Source of the DNA: Botryllus schlosseri
Lineage: Eukaryota
Assembly: GCA_051294905.1 (NCBI GenBank)
Contig: CM119383.1
Location: 2,232,001-2,296,000 of the forward strand
Direction of reading: 5' to 3'
Length of the DNA: 64,000 nt
Position numbers and translations under genes: made by a program. Numbering within the stretch: position 1 is the first letter of the stretch; every line of letters starts with the position of its first letter. Below the pieces are notes generated by a model, which saw nothing but the letters and a program-made list of their open reading frames with translations, was not told the origin of the DNA and did not search any database. Positions 49,561 through 62,518 of the stretch are shown one piece after another.

Positions 49561-51156
49561 CAAGGGTGGCCAACCTTTTTGCCAATCACGGGCGAATTTC
49601 GACTACTTGTGTAGTCTATACGGCCGCTTTCCAGTCCAGGGCCTAGTCGTAATGAACTAGATGGACGCCAAATATCCATATTTGAGTGTATGTCCATTTC
49701 TGGTGAACTCCGTACTAATCTATTTATTCATAGGCTCGCTATACTCACCAAAATTGCGAGTGATTACTGGTCATGTCATGGGACTGCTGATTGTCGCACC
49801 AAGCGCGGAAAATTTTTCTGATTTAATAATGAATTTCGTCATCAATTTAAGTAGTTTTACATATTACTATCTAACATTTATCCTTTCTCAGACCATGTTT
49901 ATGATCAGATTCACCGGTAGAGTTGTGAGGGGCATTGGTTCTCAACCGGGGATCCGCGAAGCATTTTCAGGGAAACCTCTAAATTTGAAAAATGAATAAT
50001 AACCTAATTTGTATTTTTTTCAATTAGCGAAAGCATGAGACAGTTTCGCTTCATAATTGCTAAAACCTCAGGACTCACTTCATTAGAATAGTTGTCAAAT
50101 ATACAATATCCTTCTGTGAAACCTCATTTGAAATGAAAAATTGCCAATGGCCTACAGAAATTCCTGGTGTTTTTCTAATCCCTCCCAATGAGGGGATTAA
50201 AACACGTCACGAAATCCATTTTCTCTTGTGATTACATAATCACTATTCCAGAATAACTTCAAGATGAGATGCTAGATGTAAATGACTAGGCTGGACGTTA
50301 TATAAGTTCATTAAATATTCTGTTTTTCAATTTTGGTGTCATATATGTTGCGATCATACCCAAATGTGTCGCCGGAAGCGTAACGCGTTAATATTACATT
50401 CGCCAGCACCTATTTTTGTGGAAGTATTTTCGGCACTCGTTCAAATGAAATAGAAGGCGGGTATTTTCAAGACAATAAATACAGATGCAAAATTCGCTTC
50501 GAAATAATAGAACCCAATTTCTATATATAATATGATTATTTTCGCGAAAATTCATTTTGTGGCTGTTCTCACAAGCCTATACGTATACAGTTGATATTTG
50601 TGTAAGATAGATGACGGTTGCACGATAATTGGGCTAATTTTGGACAGATACTTGAGGGGGTTCGCGGAGGTCCGTGAAGGTCCAAAAGGGGTCCGCAAAG
50701 ACAAAAAGGCTGAGAGCCACTGATGTAGGGGGGTTTTTTCGAAAATTTTGGGCAAGTTATATATGATGATGCATCTTCGGGTTGGCCAATTGATATTAGT
50801 CACTTTGTTGCATGCTGTTATTTCTTGACCTCCCATAAGGATTGTCAGTATAGTGAGGAGTACACGATTCCGAGTTGTTATTTCAATATGGGGAGTATTA
50901 TTGTACTCTGCTGTTCCAATCTGTAATGTGGGGCTCTAATTGCATGGGGCACTACTATATTACAATCGAGAAAGGAAGTCACATTGAATCGCGCGCAGCG
51001 CGAAGACAATTTCAAGATTAATTAAACTCTCTCATGAAATCGGGAGTCAATTTGTAAATTCAAATTGCATGTCGACGGCCGCCAACACATACTGATTGTA
51101 TTACGTGTTCACGGCCGCACAAATTCCCTTCTACGGCCGCAGGTTGCCCACCCCTG
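49561..51156. mobile_element. Buster MITE family E with a nested Charlie MITE (49933-50722)
   Basis: TIRs and perfect TSD ttgtagta. Confidence 0.88.
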
Positions 51157-51928
51157 TTGTAGTACATCAACGAAAGCTACTTTCCTACATTCTCGAGTAG
51201 AAAGTGTCTGTCCTTACTCAGTTCAACAGCAGAAGTTGTTGACTGACAAAATTGAAGTTGTGCGTACACTGCTGGTGACGCAGCGTGTTGTTTCATTCTG
51301 ACAATGTTGTCAGAATCACAATTTTTTTATCGTGCTCTTCTTGATATAAGAACCAATGCCCACGCAGTCTTGCTTCAGTTAGGACATTTCGGTACGTTCA
51401 ACATAACACCATGTCAACCTATTTGTCTCATTTGGCTGTTTATGATTCACAATGAGCCGTAGAATGTCGAATGATAAGTTCACCGACAGTGCAAATATTT
51501 ACGATACAAACGAAATGTAGGTGGCAAAAAAAATTTGACTTTGTATACCATCGATTACATTCATGAATTAATCACCCCATGTCTGGTTGAGAATAATCAC
51601 TGCTGTATTTGCAGAAACTTGGATATTAAATTGGATATTGAAGAAACGCTACATAAATCAAGTTCACTTCGTATCTAATCAGAGTTGATTGTCATAAGCG
51701 TGAGAATGGCAAATGTATGTACTGTACAGCAAGTTTGACCCGTTTCGCACTGTACTGTTCTACTGTAGCATTTTCCGAAAATCCAGAACTGATTAGAGTT
51801 GAAATTGGAGCATAGAAAATTAGATTACCTGCATTTGATTCTAGTTATTAATAGACAACTGGAATTATGTAGTTTTCCACGTCTGCACTTTGCAAAACAT
51901 CGCATCGTGTCAATTACATTCATTGTAG

Positions 51929-52480
51929 TACTGGAATCGACAGAGGTCGCTGGCCAAAAGGAATGGAGCTTTTTCAGCGACATGAAGCACGCCCGCAGTC
52001 TACCCTCAGTGGCGGCAGCCTGCGGGAAAATGTACGCGCTTGGCGGATTTCGAAAATGGAATATGGAGCGTCTGGTTCAATTCACAGTTCCGTATCCATA
52101 GAGGAACTAGGGCTGCAGCCATCAATGGCTTTTTGTACGTAATGACGGGTGTGTGTATAATGTACATTGTACAACTATGGATCTTCAACGTAGCGAGCGA
52201 GAGGCTCAGGCAAAGCGAGGCAGAACCGATCATAGGAACTAATTACTACATTGTAGCAGTCGACGGACTTCTCTACGCGATGAGCTCTACCTTAAAAACG
52301 ACCAGCATTGTATTATGATTTCGCGTTACAGCCCTAAAGCTGATGCCTGGTCTGTGTGGTCGGAAAATGTAACTTCAAAGCGGCCTTCTGCCTCGAGTCT
52401 CGCTCCGATGGACCGCGTGTCGAAGCAGGTGTGCATGGAGAAGCAATCTTTACTTGTCTCTTTGACGTAACGCAGTAGTA
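51929..52480 (+). pseudogene. Decayed kelch-repeat coding region
   Basis: EWSFFSDMKHARSLPSVAAACGKMYALGG; then in another frame DFENGIW...AAAINGFLYVMTG...VAVDGLLYAM; then in a third frame SRYSPKADAW. At least two frame breaks. Confidence 0.75.
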
Positions 52481-55400
52481 ATACACTGTCATTTGTAGGC
52501 TTGATACAAAGCAGGAAAGTTGCATTATTATTATTAATATTAAAATTGATATTGCGAAAGTGTGTGTTAACTAAGGCTGAGCGAATTCGAGTACCTTTGT
52601 GATTCGATTCTGAATAGAGAATTTGGCGTAGAGCAAGGGGTGTCAAAAACATACCGCCCGCGTGTCACATCCGGCAGATGTCTGTACACCAGGCTTAGCC
52701 CGTTTCGCACTATACAGTTCTCCTGAGTATTTTCAGGAGAACCAGAAGTTGGATTCGCTCTCATTAGACAACTCGAATTATCTAATCGCTCAATTCTGAG
52801 TATAGAAGCTGCTGCTATGTGTTCACGTGAACGCCAGTGAGAATTGTTCCAAGCAAAACGAGAATGGATGCTCGCACGCGCCAGCGATACACGTATGATA
52901 TTTGTTAAATCACTTGTTATCACAAGCATAATCGTCCTGTTTTCCGTAAAGATACAAAACTTTATGTACTTTAATCCAGACACTAGATCTGTTTATTACC
53001 AATTTCGTCATTTCAAAACAACACAAGATTGCGATACAATGAAAAGATAGGAAGGTCTCGAAACGACTTGGTCTAGTCCAGTGGTTCTCAACCGGGGGTC
53101 CGCGGACCCCTAGGGGATCGCGAAACCTCTAAATTTGCAAAATAATATATTTTGTATTTTTTTTAATTAGGGAAATCACGGGCAGTTTCGCTTCATAACT
53201 GCTAAAACCTCGGGACTCACATCAACAGCACGGCGGTCTGAGCTGAAACATCGCACTATGCAAACTCATTTTTATTGCCAAATTCCCAATAGCGTACTGA
53301 TTAGGGCTGGGCAAAATCGAGTACATAAGTAATTCGATTCTGACTCACGTATTTTGCTTCGAGTCGAGTATTCGAGTATACCTCATTATCACGTCACAAC
53401 AGAATGTACTGTCAAAGTTCAAATATGTACATTGTACATTTTATGTCACCACATAGAATATAATGCCTTTTTTCCGCCGCCGCCGCCTTGCTATAAGTCG
53501 GCAGTTACGGATAGAAATGAAGAATATCGGTCTGGTGTAAATTACAGTAGTCGACAAACACCACGAATACCACAAAACAAAAATATAAACTGACCTTGCC
53601 GGGTCAGCTTTACCAGGTCATACTCCTGTGACAGGGCCCAGAAGACACGCATTTCGGGGAAGGTCATCGTCCATGACCAGGATAATATCATTGATTTTAG
53701 GTATCATTTTCCATCAACCTATTTGAGCCGTTTTTAGAGCCTTTACAAAGGGTTCAAGATCACAAGGAACAGCAAATACTGTTGTGATTGGACGGTTGTT
53801 CACAATTTACTCACACTCACTCATCGGGCTTGCTTACTAGGCAAGTCATCTGAGAACACTCGACTATTGCAAATTGCCCGTAAAGTCATTGCTTCTAGGC
53901 CTTACAGCTCAACTGGAGATGATCCCCAAGTGGCTCAAAGTCTAAAGGAGTTTGCAGCGTTCCTTCGGCCATGGCTTATTTTCGAGTTTGAAATGTTATG
54001 TGACCCACCTCGTAGAAAATAAGCTCTGCTCAAAACAGAGCAGTCCATCCCCAAACAATTCCTAGCGTGATTTCGGTGAATGGGATATGGGGGGAAATGG
54101 AGAAAGGGGTTTTCTTATTGAATCTGTGCATTACAGACGTTGCTAACCCGGGACATTCAATTCATTGATACAAACAATTCTTGCGACTCCTACATTTGTG
54201 AACAATGTACAATAACATGTACTTATACAGTGATTTCGAATTAATGATTTCAAGACTAGAAATTTTTAAATCGACTCGACATATTAATGCACTACGCTAA
54301 ATTTGCGATCCGTGGCGGTGGTGACGTGTATTTTCACCGGCAGTCCATAATTGATGAAATATTGCTATTTTATGTTACTATAATATGACCACAGTGCCGT
54401 ATACCTATACATCAAACACACTTTAGTCTGAATTTACTGGATACCCTATTGAACGGCACATGACATATGACGCTGTCGGAATACTTGATTACTGCAGCTG
54501 TAACTCTAGCTATTCTATAATCGAAATTGTTTTATAGTTGCTGTTAGTCGCGAGTTGTCATCATAAGTGTAGCCAGTGGGAAAAAACGCCAGAGTCAACT
54601 GTTGTTAACCGATTTGTAAACGTTACTTTGAAGTTGACGTGAACGTTTTTAGATAAGTTACATCTGACCGTATCTCAGGGGTAGGCTCCGATAATTGGAG
54701 GCATACAAAGTGAGGTAGTGGTCTCAATCGTGTTAGCAAGCTAGGCCTACTCGACGAGCCTCTAGTCTAGATTGATGCAGCCAAAATATAACGTACTATC
54801 ATTTAAACTAGGCGACGCCCATACGTACATTTTGTAGGACAGCAATTCTGGTTGGACAAACTGCTGCAGTTGTCAGATACAACTTACCGAAATAAATATA
54901 ATTATCTTCCGTGGCAAAATGCCTGGATTCAATCACGTATGGCCTACCCATTCAGTGGTGTCTCCTAGCACTTCGTGCAACAATGGAACAACTCTAATTG
55001 ATTCCCCGCCGAAGCAATTATTATATCACGCGTTGTAATGTGAGGTCTCGCTCATCCTGAGCTCCGTGGTTTAGTTGAGTTTAACGCGCCTACCGCCGTA
55101 CAAGTGGACAGGTTACCGCGAAGTTAGCGCTCTGTATATTTCAGTAGATCGTCGACTTGCATTAAAGTCACGGTTACTGTTAGTAAGCTCCCGTCTTATT
55201 CGCGCTCAACGGGGATCAGGGATCGTTGCGTAGGGATATCGTATTGGGCAAGTGTCCTCTGACAAGACATTGAGGGCGGAGATAATAAAGTTAGCTGATC
55301 CGGAAGAATGCTAATCATGTGATTAAAAACTGCTAATCTGGGCGCATTTTAGGTGGAGATAACGAAGTTAATAGCTGATCAGAAAGAATGCTAATCGTGT

Positions 55401-57478
55401 GATTAAATACTGCTAATCGCGACTCATAATGCTGGAAGAGGTTACGCGCGATTCTTAGTGGAGATGTACCGAGTTTTAAATCAAGTGGCGTTATCTGTTG
55501 CATCATAATGCGAAAACGCGTTATAGGCGGTCAGTTGTCAATTTGTTGAATGAAACAGCAGCCTGCTGATAACGATACTTCCACCGCAATAGCTAGAATT
55601 ATCGTCGCCAAATGAAAGTCGTGTCAAATTCGTACGGTACAGCTAAGCAACGTATTATAGAATATTGTTATCGCTCTACAGTGACGGGTGCATAATTTGA
55701 TGATTGCTTAGTGAAACCATTACCAAGGAGGCAGTCGGCATGGTCATTATCGGAAATATTGGTGCGTAATAGGAATGGTACGCAGTGTAAACAGATTCTA
55801 TAGATAACTATAGTTTGTTCCGGTTTGTTAACTCCTGAGATTATCACTAACTTTAGGCGCTGCGATCAAACGGATTCCTTAATCCTGGGTTGATAAATCC
55901 TGACGAACGCGATAATCGACGTTATTGCTAATCCTGATCTGAGTTTTATTACGTAGGTTATCTATAGCTAGACACAGCGGGCAGAAGGGTCGTCGAGGAC
56001 GTTCACGTTCATACATTTAGGCGGTCCGTTTTATAAATGCTGGAACCGTCGTCGCATGCGATGCGTGGTTTCATTAGTGTGGATCATTACTAGGGCTGGG
56101 CAAAATCGAGTACCTGAGTGATTCGATTCTGAATCACGTAATATGCTTCGAGTCGAGTCGAGTAATCGAGTATCACTCATTATGACGTCATAACAGAATG
56201 TAATACGCCAAAGTTCAAATATGTACCGTTTATGCCACCACAACGAATATAATGCCTGTTATCCTTCTCGTAAATGATACTTTGGTATTTTTCTACCATA
56301 CCGATTTCATTCCACTCGGTGACAATGTTGTGGGATAATCATGAGTTCGAAAATGTGCTACGTCCAGTAACCTGACGTCCAGTAAACAGATTCTATAGAT
56401 AACTATAGTTTGTTCCGGTTTGTTAACTCCTGAGATTATCACTAACTTTAAGCGCTGCGATCAAACGGATTCCTTAATCCTGGGTTGATAAATCCTGACG
56501 AACGCGATAATCGACGTTATTGCTAATCCTGATCTGAGTTTTATTAGGTAGGTTATCTATAGCTAGACACAGCGGGCAGAAGGGTCGTCGAGGACGTTCA
56601 CGTTCATACATTTAGGCGGTCCGTTTTATAAATGCCGGAACCGTCGTCGCATGCGATGCGTGGTTCCATTAGTGTGGATCATTACTTAACTGCGCATTTT
56701 CATGCTTAAAATAACTTCATACTGCCAATAGCATATCCGCAGTTCTAGCATGTCTGCGGGAGGTGTCGAAGTCAACTTGGATCGTACCTTTGTTTTTTTC
56801 TGAAATGCTTTCTTATCAAGCCTATATACATTGTAGCATACGATGATTGGCCGAGTCAATACAGTTAGAAACCGCTAAAGTAGTTGCTCTAACGAGGATA
56901 TAAGTTGAAATATTTCCATGCTCCCTTCGTCTTAGTCGGAATGCGGGGTCGGCCCCATGTATGCTTCATGAGGAGTACTAAATGTTTAATTTAAATGTGG
57001 AATTTGGTTCATTATTATTAAATAGCAATTCGAGTTGTAACTTGCATACAACCGGGTCTACGATATTGTGGGCCCTGGTACAACGGTTTAGCATTGGCGT
57101 TTTCGCCTCTGTAAAGAACTGCCTCTTGGTCTGTTTTCCCAGAAAACTTTGATTTGAGTGTGCATTTTTTGACTTTTATGAATTTGATGTCAATGTCACC
57201 AACTTGTTTCCAGGGGTGATTAGAACGCAATCGCGACACTGCCGTGAGATGGTTCTAATAACGTGGCCTAGAAACGTATTTGACATTTTGTGCATTGAGG
57301 AATTATTTACATTGAAAGTATTCCTTAATGAAGTCTAAACTTCTGTTTGAAACATGCTGGATAATATAAGCATTTATTTCATTTATTCGGATGTTTGGCA
57401 GCCCTGCTGTGCAACATTGTCACTTCAAAGCATTGCATACTAAACCCAACCGATTTCTTTCAAGATTTAGTATTTTTG

Positions 57479-58516
57479 ATGAACGATCAGGAGAATCTTA
57501 TTGGCATGCACGCTTGCACGAATCACCAATGCGATATTTGTGGAAAAGATTTCTCTCGAAAGGTTTACCTCAAGAGGCATTTGGATACGCATTTGGGCCA
57601 CGAGCGTCATGAGTGCGACATTTGTGGGAAAGAATACTTGCACAAAATATCCCTCAAACGTCATATGAATGTGCATATGGGCCTCCAGAACGAATGCGAT
57701 ATTTGCGGGAAGAATTTCACTGACAAGAGGCTCCTCGCAGGCCATAGGCATATCCATACTCACCCGAACCAGTTTGCATGCAAAATTTGTGGGAAAAAAT
57801 TCACTGGCAAGAGCAATCTTAAACGCCATCTGGATATCCATACTTTTCCGAACCAGTTTGCATGCGAAATTTGTGGGAAAAAATTCACTGGCAAGAGTAA
57901 TCTTAAACGCCATCTGGATATCCATACTTATCCGAACCAGTTTGCATGCAGAATTTGTGGGAAAGAATTCACTCGCAAGGGCTTCCTTAACACACACATG
58001 AAAATTCATCTCGGCATCAAGAATATTCAATGTCATATCTGTGGAAAAGAGCTGACTCACCAGTACAATCTCAAGACTCATTTGAAAATGCATTTCGGCA
58101 TCAAGGATTATCAATGCGATATTTGTGGAAAAGAATTCACTCTTAAGGGTAACCTAAATCGTCATATAAAAAATCATATTGGCATCAAGGATATTCAATG
58201 TGAAGTTTGTGGGAAAGAGGTCACTCGCCAGGTCGAGCTCGAGACTCATTTGAAAATGCATTTCGGCATCAAGGATAATCAATGTGATATTTGTGGAAAA
58301 GAATTCACTTACAAGGGTGACCTAACTTGTCATATAAAAAGGCATTTCGGTATCAAGGATAATCAATGTGATATTTGTGGAAAAGAATTCACTTGCAAGG
58401 GTGACCTATCTTCTCATATAAAAATGCATTTCGGTTTCAAGGATAATCTATGTGATATCTGTGGGAAAAAGTTCGCTCGCAAGTCTGACCATAAGCGCCA
58501 CATCCATACCCATTAA
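57479..58516 (+). CDS. Tandem C2H2 zinc-finger protein, paralog 3 (12 fingers, intact)
   Basis: Uninterrupted ORF with 12 C2H2 units; the last 7 fingers are nearly identical to fingers 11-17 of paralog 2. Confidence 0.92.
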   Translation: MNDQENLIGMHACTNHQCDICGKDFSRKVYLKRHLDTHLGHERHECDICGKEYLHKISLKRHMNVHMGLQNECDICGKNFTDKRLLAGHRHIHTHPNQFACKICGKKFTGKSNLKRHLDIHTFPNQFACEICGKKFTGKSNLKRHLDIHTYPNQFACRICGKEFTRKGFLNTHMKIHLGIKNIQCHICGKELTHQYNLKTHLKMHFGIKDYQCDICGKEFTLKGNLNRHIKNHIGIKDIQCEVCGKEVTRQVELETHLKMHFGIKDNQCDICGKEFTYKGDLTCHIKRHFGIKDNQCDICGKEFTCKGDLSSHIKMHFGFKDNLCDICGKKFARKSDHKRHIHTH

Positions 58517-59998
58517 GGTCTAAAATATGTTGAGTGTGATATATGACAGAAGGCATTTCGTCAAATAAATTACCTAAACAATCACGACGTCATTTCCTGT
58601 TCGAAAGTACTCCCTCGAACGTCACGTGGACATTGCCTGTCAAAAAAATTAGAATTACGGTTCCGCAGACTAACGCGAAGGCTGAAACTGATACTCATAT
58701 TCGTGTGGAGCACTGTTCATTCAAATTTGTGTTTAAAGACTATTCGTACAGTTAATGTCTAGTTTCTGTGCAAGAGATCTCGCCGAACTTCGATTATCGT
58801 ATGGATGGCCACACGATGTGCAGTAGATTTCAATGAGATTGGGATGTCAATATTCATTTCTTGTATTTAACATCTGATTCGCAATGTACTGTATATTACC
58901 TAGACCCAAATTTTTGTCTTCGTACTGTCGGGCGTGATACTATATAACCTGGAAAATAACGAGATTCATTCAGCAATGTATCGGTCACCATATCGAGCCG
59001 GTTTAGCGCGATGATTAGTTATCTATTTCAACGTAAAGTCATCCTTGTGAACACATGTACTATAGCTATTGTATGGGCGACAAATCAGACAGTATCATCT
59101 TTCTTCCCAGTTTCGTTTGTGTGAGTAAGGCGCCAATGAACGATGATAATGTACATATGGTCTACTTCGTCGTCCATACCTTTACCTCCACTGATTTTCC
59201 ACCTTTCAAACGAGATGTAAGCTGTTCAGTGTTCAGAACTTCATACCAACAGGCGTCTGATTCGGGTTAGGTTAATCACTAGTGTTGTAAACTGGGGTGT
59301 TACGCTGGAAACAGCGGTGGCTATGAGGTCAAGGTGACACACCTTCGACTAATTTGGCTTGATAGAACGTAGATCTATACTATACCTTTACAATATGATG
59401 TACATATTTCTAACATCGTCAAAATCAGTATGTTGTATTTCATGCCAACGTAGGAATACAATAAATCAAGGTAGCGTTCGAACTCGTGTACTGAACAGAA
59501 GGAGGGCAGTCAGGGACAGATTTATTCAGTGTTGAGTGCCGACAAAATTATTTGCCTTTAGTCAGTAAAAACCAACCTTATTTGTAAATCCGCATTAGTT
59601 CGTATAGCTCATTGTTCCCGACAAAGACATCGCGAGGATATACCATCGTCGCAACGTTAAACGCACCTTAATGCCGTAGAAAAGCAGTACCGTAATTGCA
59701 GAAGCTTCGTAAAATCAGTGTTCGACATTTCAACCCGACTCATTTTTGTTCGAAATATAGGATTGTTGAATTCGATCTTTAAGCACACGTAGTGAATGAT
59801 CATGATGATTATAATAACAACAACAAGGTGAGTCCGTTGAGCCAGAAACAAAGCAATTCGATTGCCGACTCGTCGATAAATTCTGTGTCGTTGTAGGCTT
59901 GAGCAGGGACCAAAAAATAATGATTCAAATTGATTTGGATTTCATATGAAGCTTCTCTCACCCACGAATGCACGAGTACTACAGTGATCACTGATCAG

Positions 59999-61272
59999 CA
60001 GGCCTGTTTATTTTTGGATATTTGATTTTATTTTTGGAGATTCTCCAAAAATAAGATTTGAAAACATCCAAAAATAAGCTTTTTTTGGATGATGTTTTTT
60101 CAAGTTTTTTAGTGAAATGCGCGAGTCAGAGCAGTGTAAATACTGTTGAAACAACCAGGAAACTCACAAACACACACAAAAACAGCATGTGTGTCCGGAA
60201 GAGTTCTCCGAAACGCTGAAAGTACTTCCACTCACTGGAAGGATCAGAGGCGACACGACTAGGGTTAAAGAGGCGGCAGGGTATGAAATCTTGCGAGTGT
60301 GGTGCGGGCGGGACCTTGTAACGCAGGCCGAATATCGCCACCTGTACAACAACAACTTCGTCCACACGATGATGGGCCTGAATGGCTACCTCCAACGGCA
60401 ACAGGACTTGATCCAGGAAAAGAAAAGTATGTGCCCCAAGTTTGTAGACACATGTTGGTTGTCAATTAAGAAGATTACCACTTGATTGACTATAGACAGT
60501 TAGACACCGTACCAAACTCCTCGGGGTTATAAACGATAAAAGTCCGGCCTGTGCACGTCCGCTGCAGTAGCGGATCCTACTAATCGTCCTCGAGCGCATG
60601 GCCACAGAGGTGAGCACCACCGTCACAAAGATTCAGGGACTTGGCCATCTGATCGTGGAGCATCATGATGAGCTCCATCGCCTGGTCGAACGCCTTCGAG
60701 CTCGGTGCCCAGCTGAGGACTGGGACAATGACATCCGCGGCAAGGAAGGTCCTCTGGTCAGAGGGTGCTGGGCTATCAAGTTCACTGAGTCACGCAATTT
60801 CGTGGAGGATCAGAGTGTGCACTGTGCAGTCCTCGACCTTATCGAGAATATCGGCGAAAAAGAGAAGCAGTCCACGTTCAAGGCAGCCAGGAGCCTTATA
60901 GCAGGGCTCATCGACGGCATAGAGAAAATTGAAGTTGCCGACAATGAAAGGGCTGATTTCTCGAAAATCAATTGTGAGAAAGGTCTCTTCCTGGCGTCAC
61001 CCACTGATATTTATTTGGAATGCATTCTCCAGGCCAAAGACTTTGTGACGAAAGTATTAAAAAGTTAGATCAAGATCACTGATGATGTCGATGTGTTGAA
61101 GAATATGAATACATGATAATAACATATATTCGTTGAAGTTTTTTATGTAGTATTAGGGCTAAAAACACCTTCATTTCTTATTTTTGGAGATTCTCCAAAA
61201 ATAAAATTTGAAAACATCCAAAACTAAGCTATTTTTGTTATTTTTGGAGAAATCCAAAAATAAACAGGCCTG
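59999..61272 (+). mobile_element. Recent non-autonomous hAT-type element carrying internal ORFs
   Basis: 21-bp perfect TIR caggcctgtttatttttggat, perfect TSD ctgatcag, TTTGGA subterminal repeats; empty site in block B at ~42306-42313. Confidence 0.93.
60598..61068 (+). CDS. 156-aa ORF inside the hAT-type element; probably an internally deleted transposase fragment
   Basis: Open ATG-to-stop frame in GC-richer DNA; HCAVLDLI and GLFLASPT..Y.ECILQAK weakly recall the hAT C-x2-H and PTRW regions. Confidence 0.4.
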   Translation: MATEVSTTVTKIQGLGHLIVEHHDELHRLVERLRARCPAEDWDNDIRGKEGPLVRGCWAIKFTESRNFVEDQSVHCAVLDLIENIGEKEKQSTFKAARSLIAGLIDGIEKIEVADNERADFSKINCEKGLFLASPTDIYLECILQAKDFVTKVLKS

Positions 61273-62104
61273 CTGATCAGTCACATTTCGATAAATCATG
61301 AGACTCACCGCGACATTTCGATTTCTTGCAGTCTTCGCGGAATACAATTCCAGGACTCGTGCTCCCTTTTACAAAAAATGTTGAGCATAGAATTCCAACA
61401 AAATCATAGGTGCAGTGCTTATTCTTGAATATTGAACGCATGAGTACCAAATTTATTCATGCACGAGATATAATTGGATCTGTTGGCTGCAGACTACACT
61501 TGGTGGGCATACCCTACTCACTCTGTGTCTGTGATGGACGCGTAGGAGTAGGGTGTAAAGCCTGCATGTACCTTGCAGGCACACGCCATCTGCTTCAAAA
61601 ACTGATGACTAGGGCAAGTTTTTGTTGCACTTGTCGCGAGAAAGTTGCATTTATAATTCTTGTTTAATTATTAGGGTATGAGATACTCGAAAGGTTCCGT
61701 TGTATAACCTAACTCCTGCAGAGCTGTCAAATTTGTTCGCACGGTTTGGCGAAACCGCCAAAAATTACATTTTTTACCGGCACATAGCGAGAAAATTACG
61801 CAATGCGGTAATAATTCTCCCCAAAAAGCCAACCAGCATAGCTACAACACCCTCCTTCTAAAACAAGTCAAATACCTCACCCCAAATCCCGTAGGTCTAC
61901 AAACTTGACCCACGGCGTTGCAGAGAAACTTACACTTTGCGACTTTACCAAAATCTATAGCCTGAATAAGGTGTGCTAGCGAAAATATAATTTTCGGCGG
62001 TCCCGCCTTGGCGTTCGTAAAATGGGAAACTACCTCAAATTTAAACGACAGCATCAATAAAGCGATCTATTTACATATTGTTCGAACACACCCGTTCTTG
62101 GCGG

Positions 62105-62240
62105 CAGGGCATGGTATGGTATGGAAGTATGGTATGGTATGGATCGATATTTTGGTATGGAATATGGAACAATGCAAGTATGGTATGGAATGGAAGATTT
62201 TAATCTATGGTATGGAACGACATTTCCATACTTCCATACT
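62105..62240. repeat. hAT-MITE terminus with (GGTAT)n subterminal repeats
   Basis: cagggcatggtatggtatgg... start followed by many GGTAT/GGAAT units; the other end was not identified. Confidence 0.55.
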
Positions 62241-62487
62241 TTGGTGTTTTATACATTTTATCGTGATCTGTGCAAGCTTCATGAAGCGTACGTTGTTCGT
62301 TGTTCACGTAATACGATCGATTTTGTTATGTGTGAACGTGAACTATTGAACGCTGTGTAGGAACAAATACACGCTTGTGCAACAGTTTTAGGAGCACTTG
62401 GAATGACATGATTTTGTGATGTAATAATGACAACAGTAATGTTGATTCTAATGAGACTAGACACGACGTCTCCGAGCATAGTCTATC

Positions 62488-62518
62488 TATAGATAACGAA
62501 CCTACCTTGTTATCTATA
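62488..62518. mobile_element. 31-bp mini-element of the TATAGATAA family
   Basis: tatagataac-gaacctacctt-gttatctata flanked by the 7-bp direct repeat gtctatc. Confidence 0.6.

Larger units (their letters stand above)
53590..61610 (+). repeat. Segmental duplication block C
   Basis: Begins with the same BEL relic as block A; colinear with A from ~53940 and with B from ~54375. Confidence 0.85.

Noticed and set aside
52314-52335. 22-nt GT-AG 'micro-intron' that might repair the kelch frame
   Set aside because: Too short for a typical animal intron, and the kelch motif (SRYSP...W) runs through it; a frameshift is the simpler explanation.
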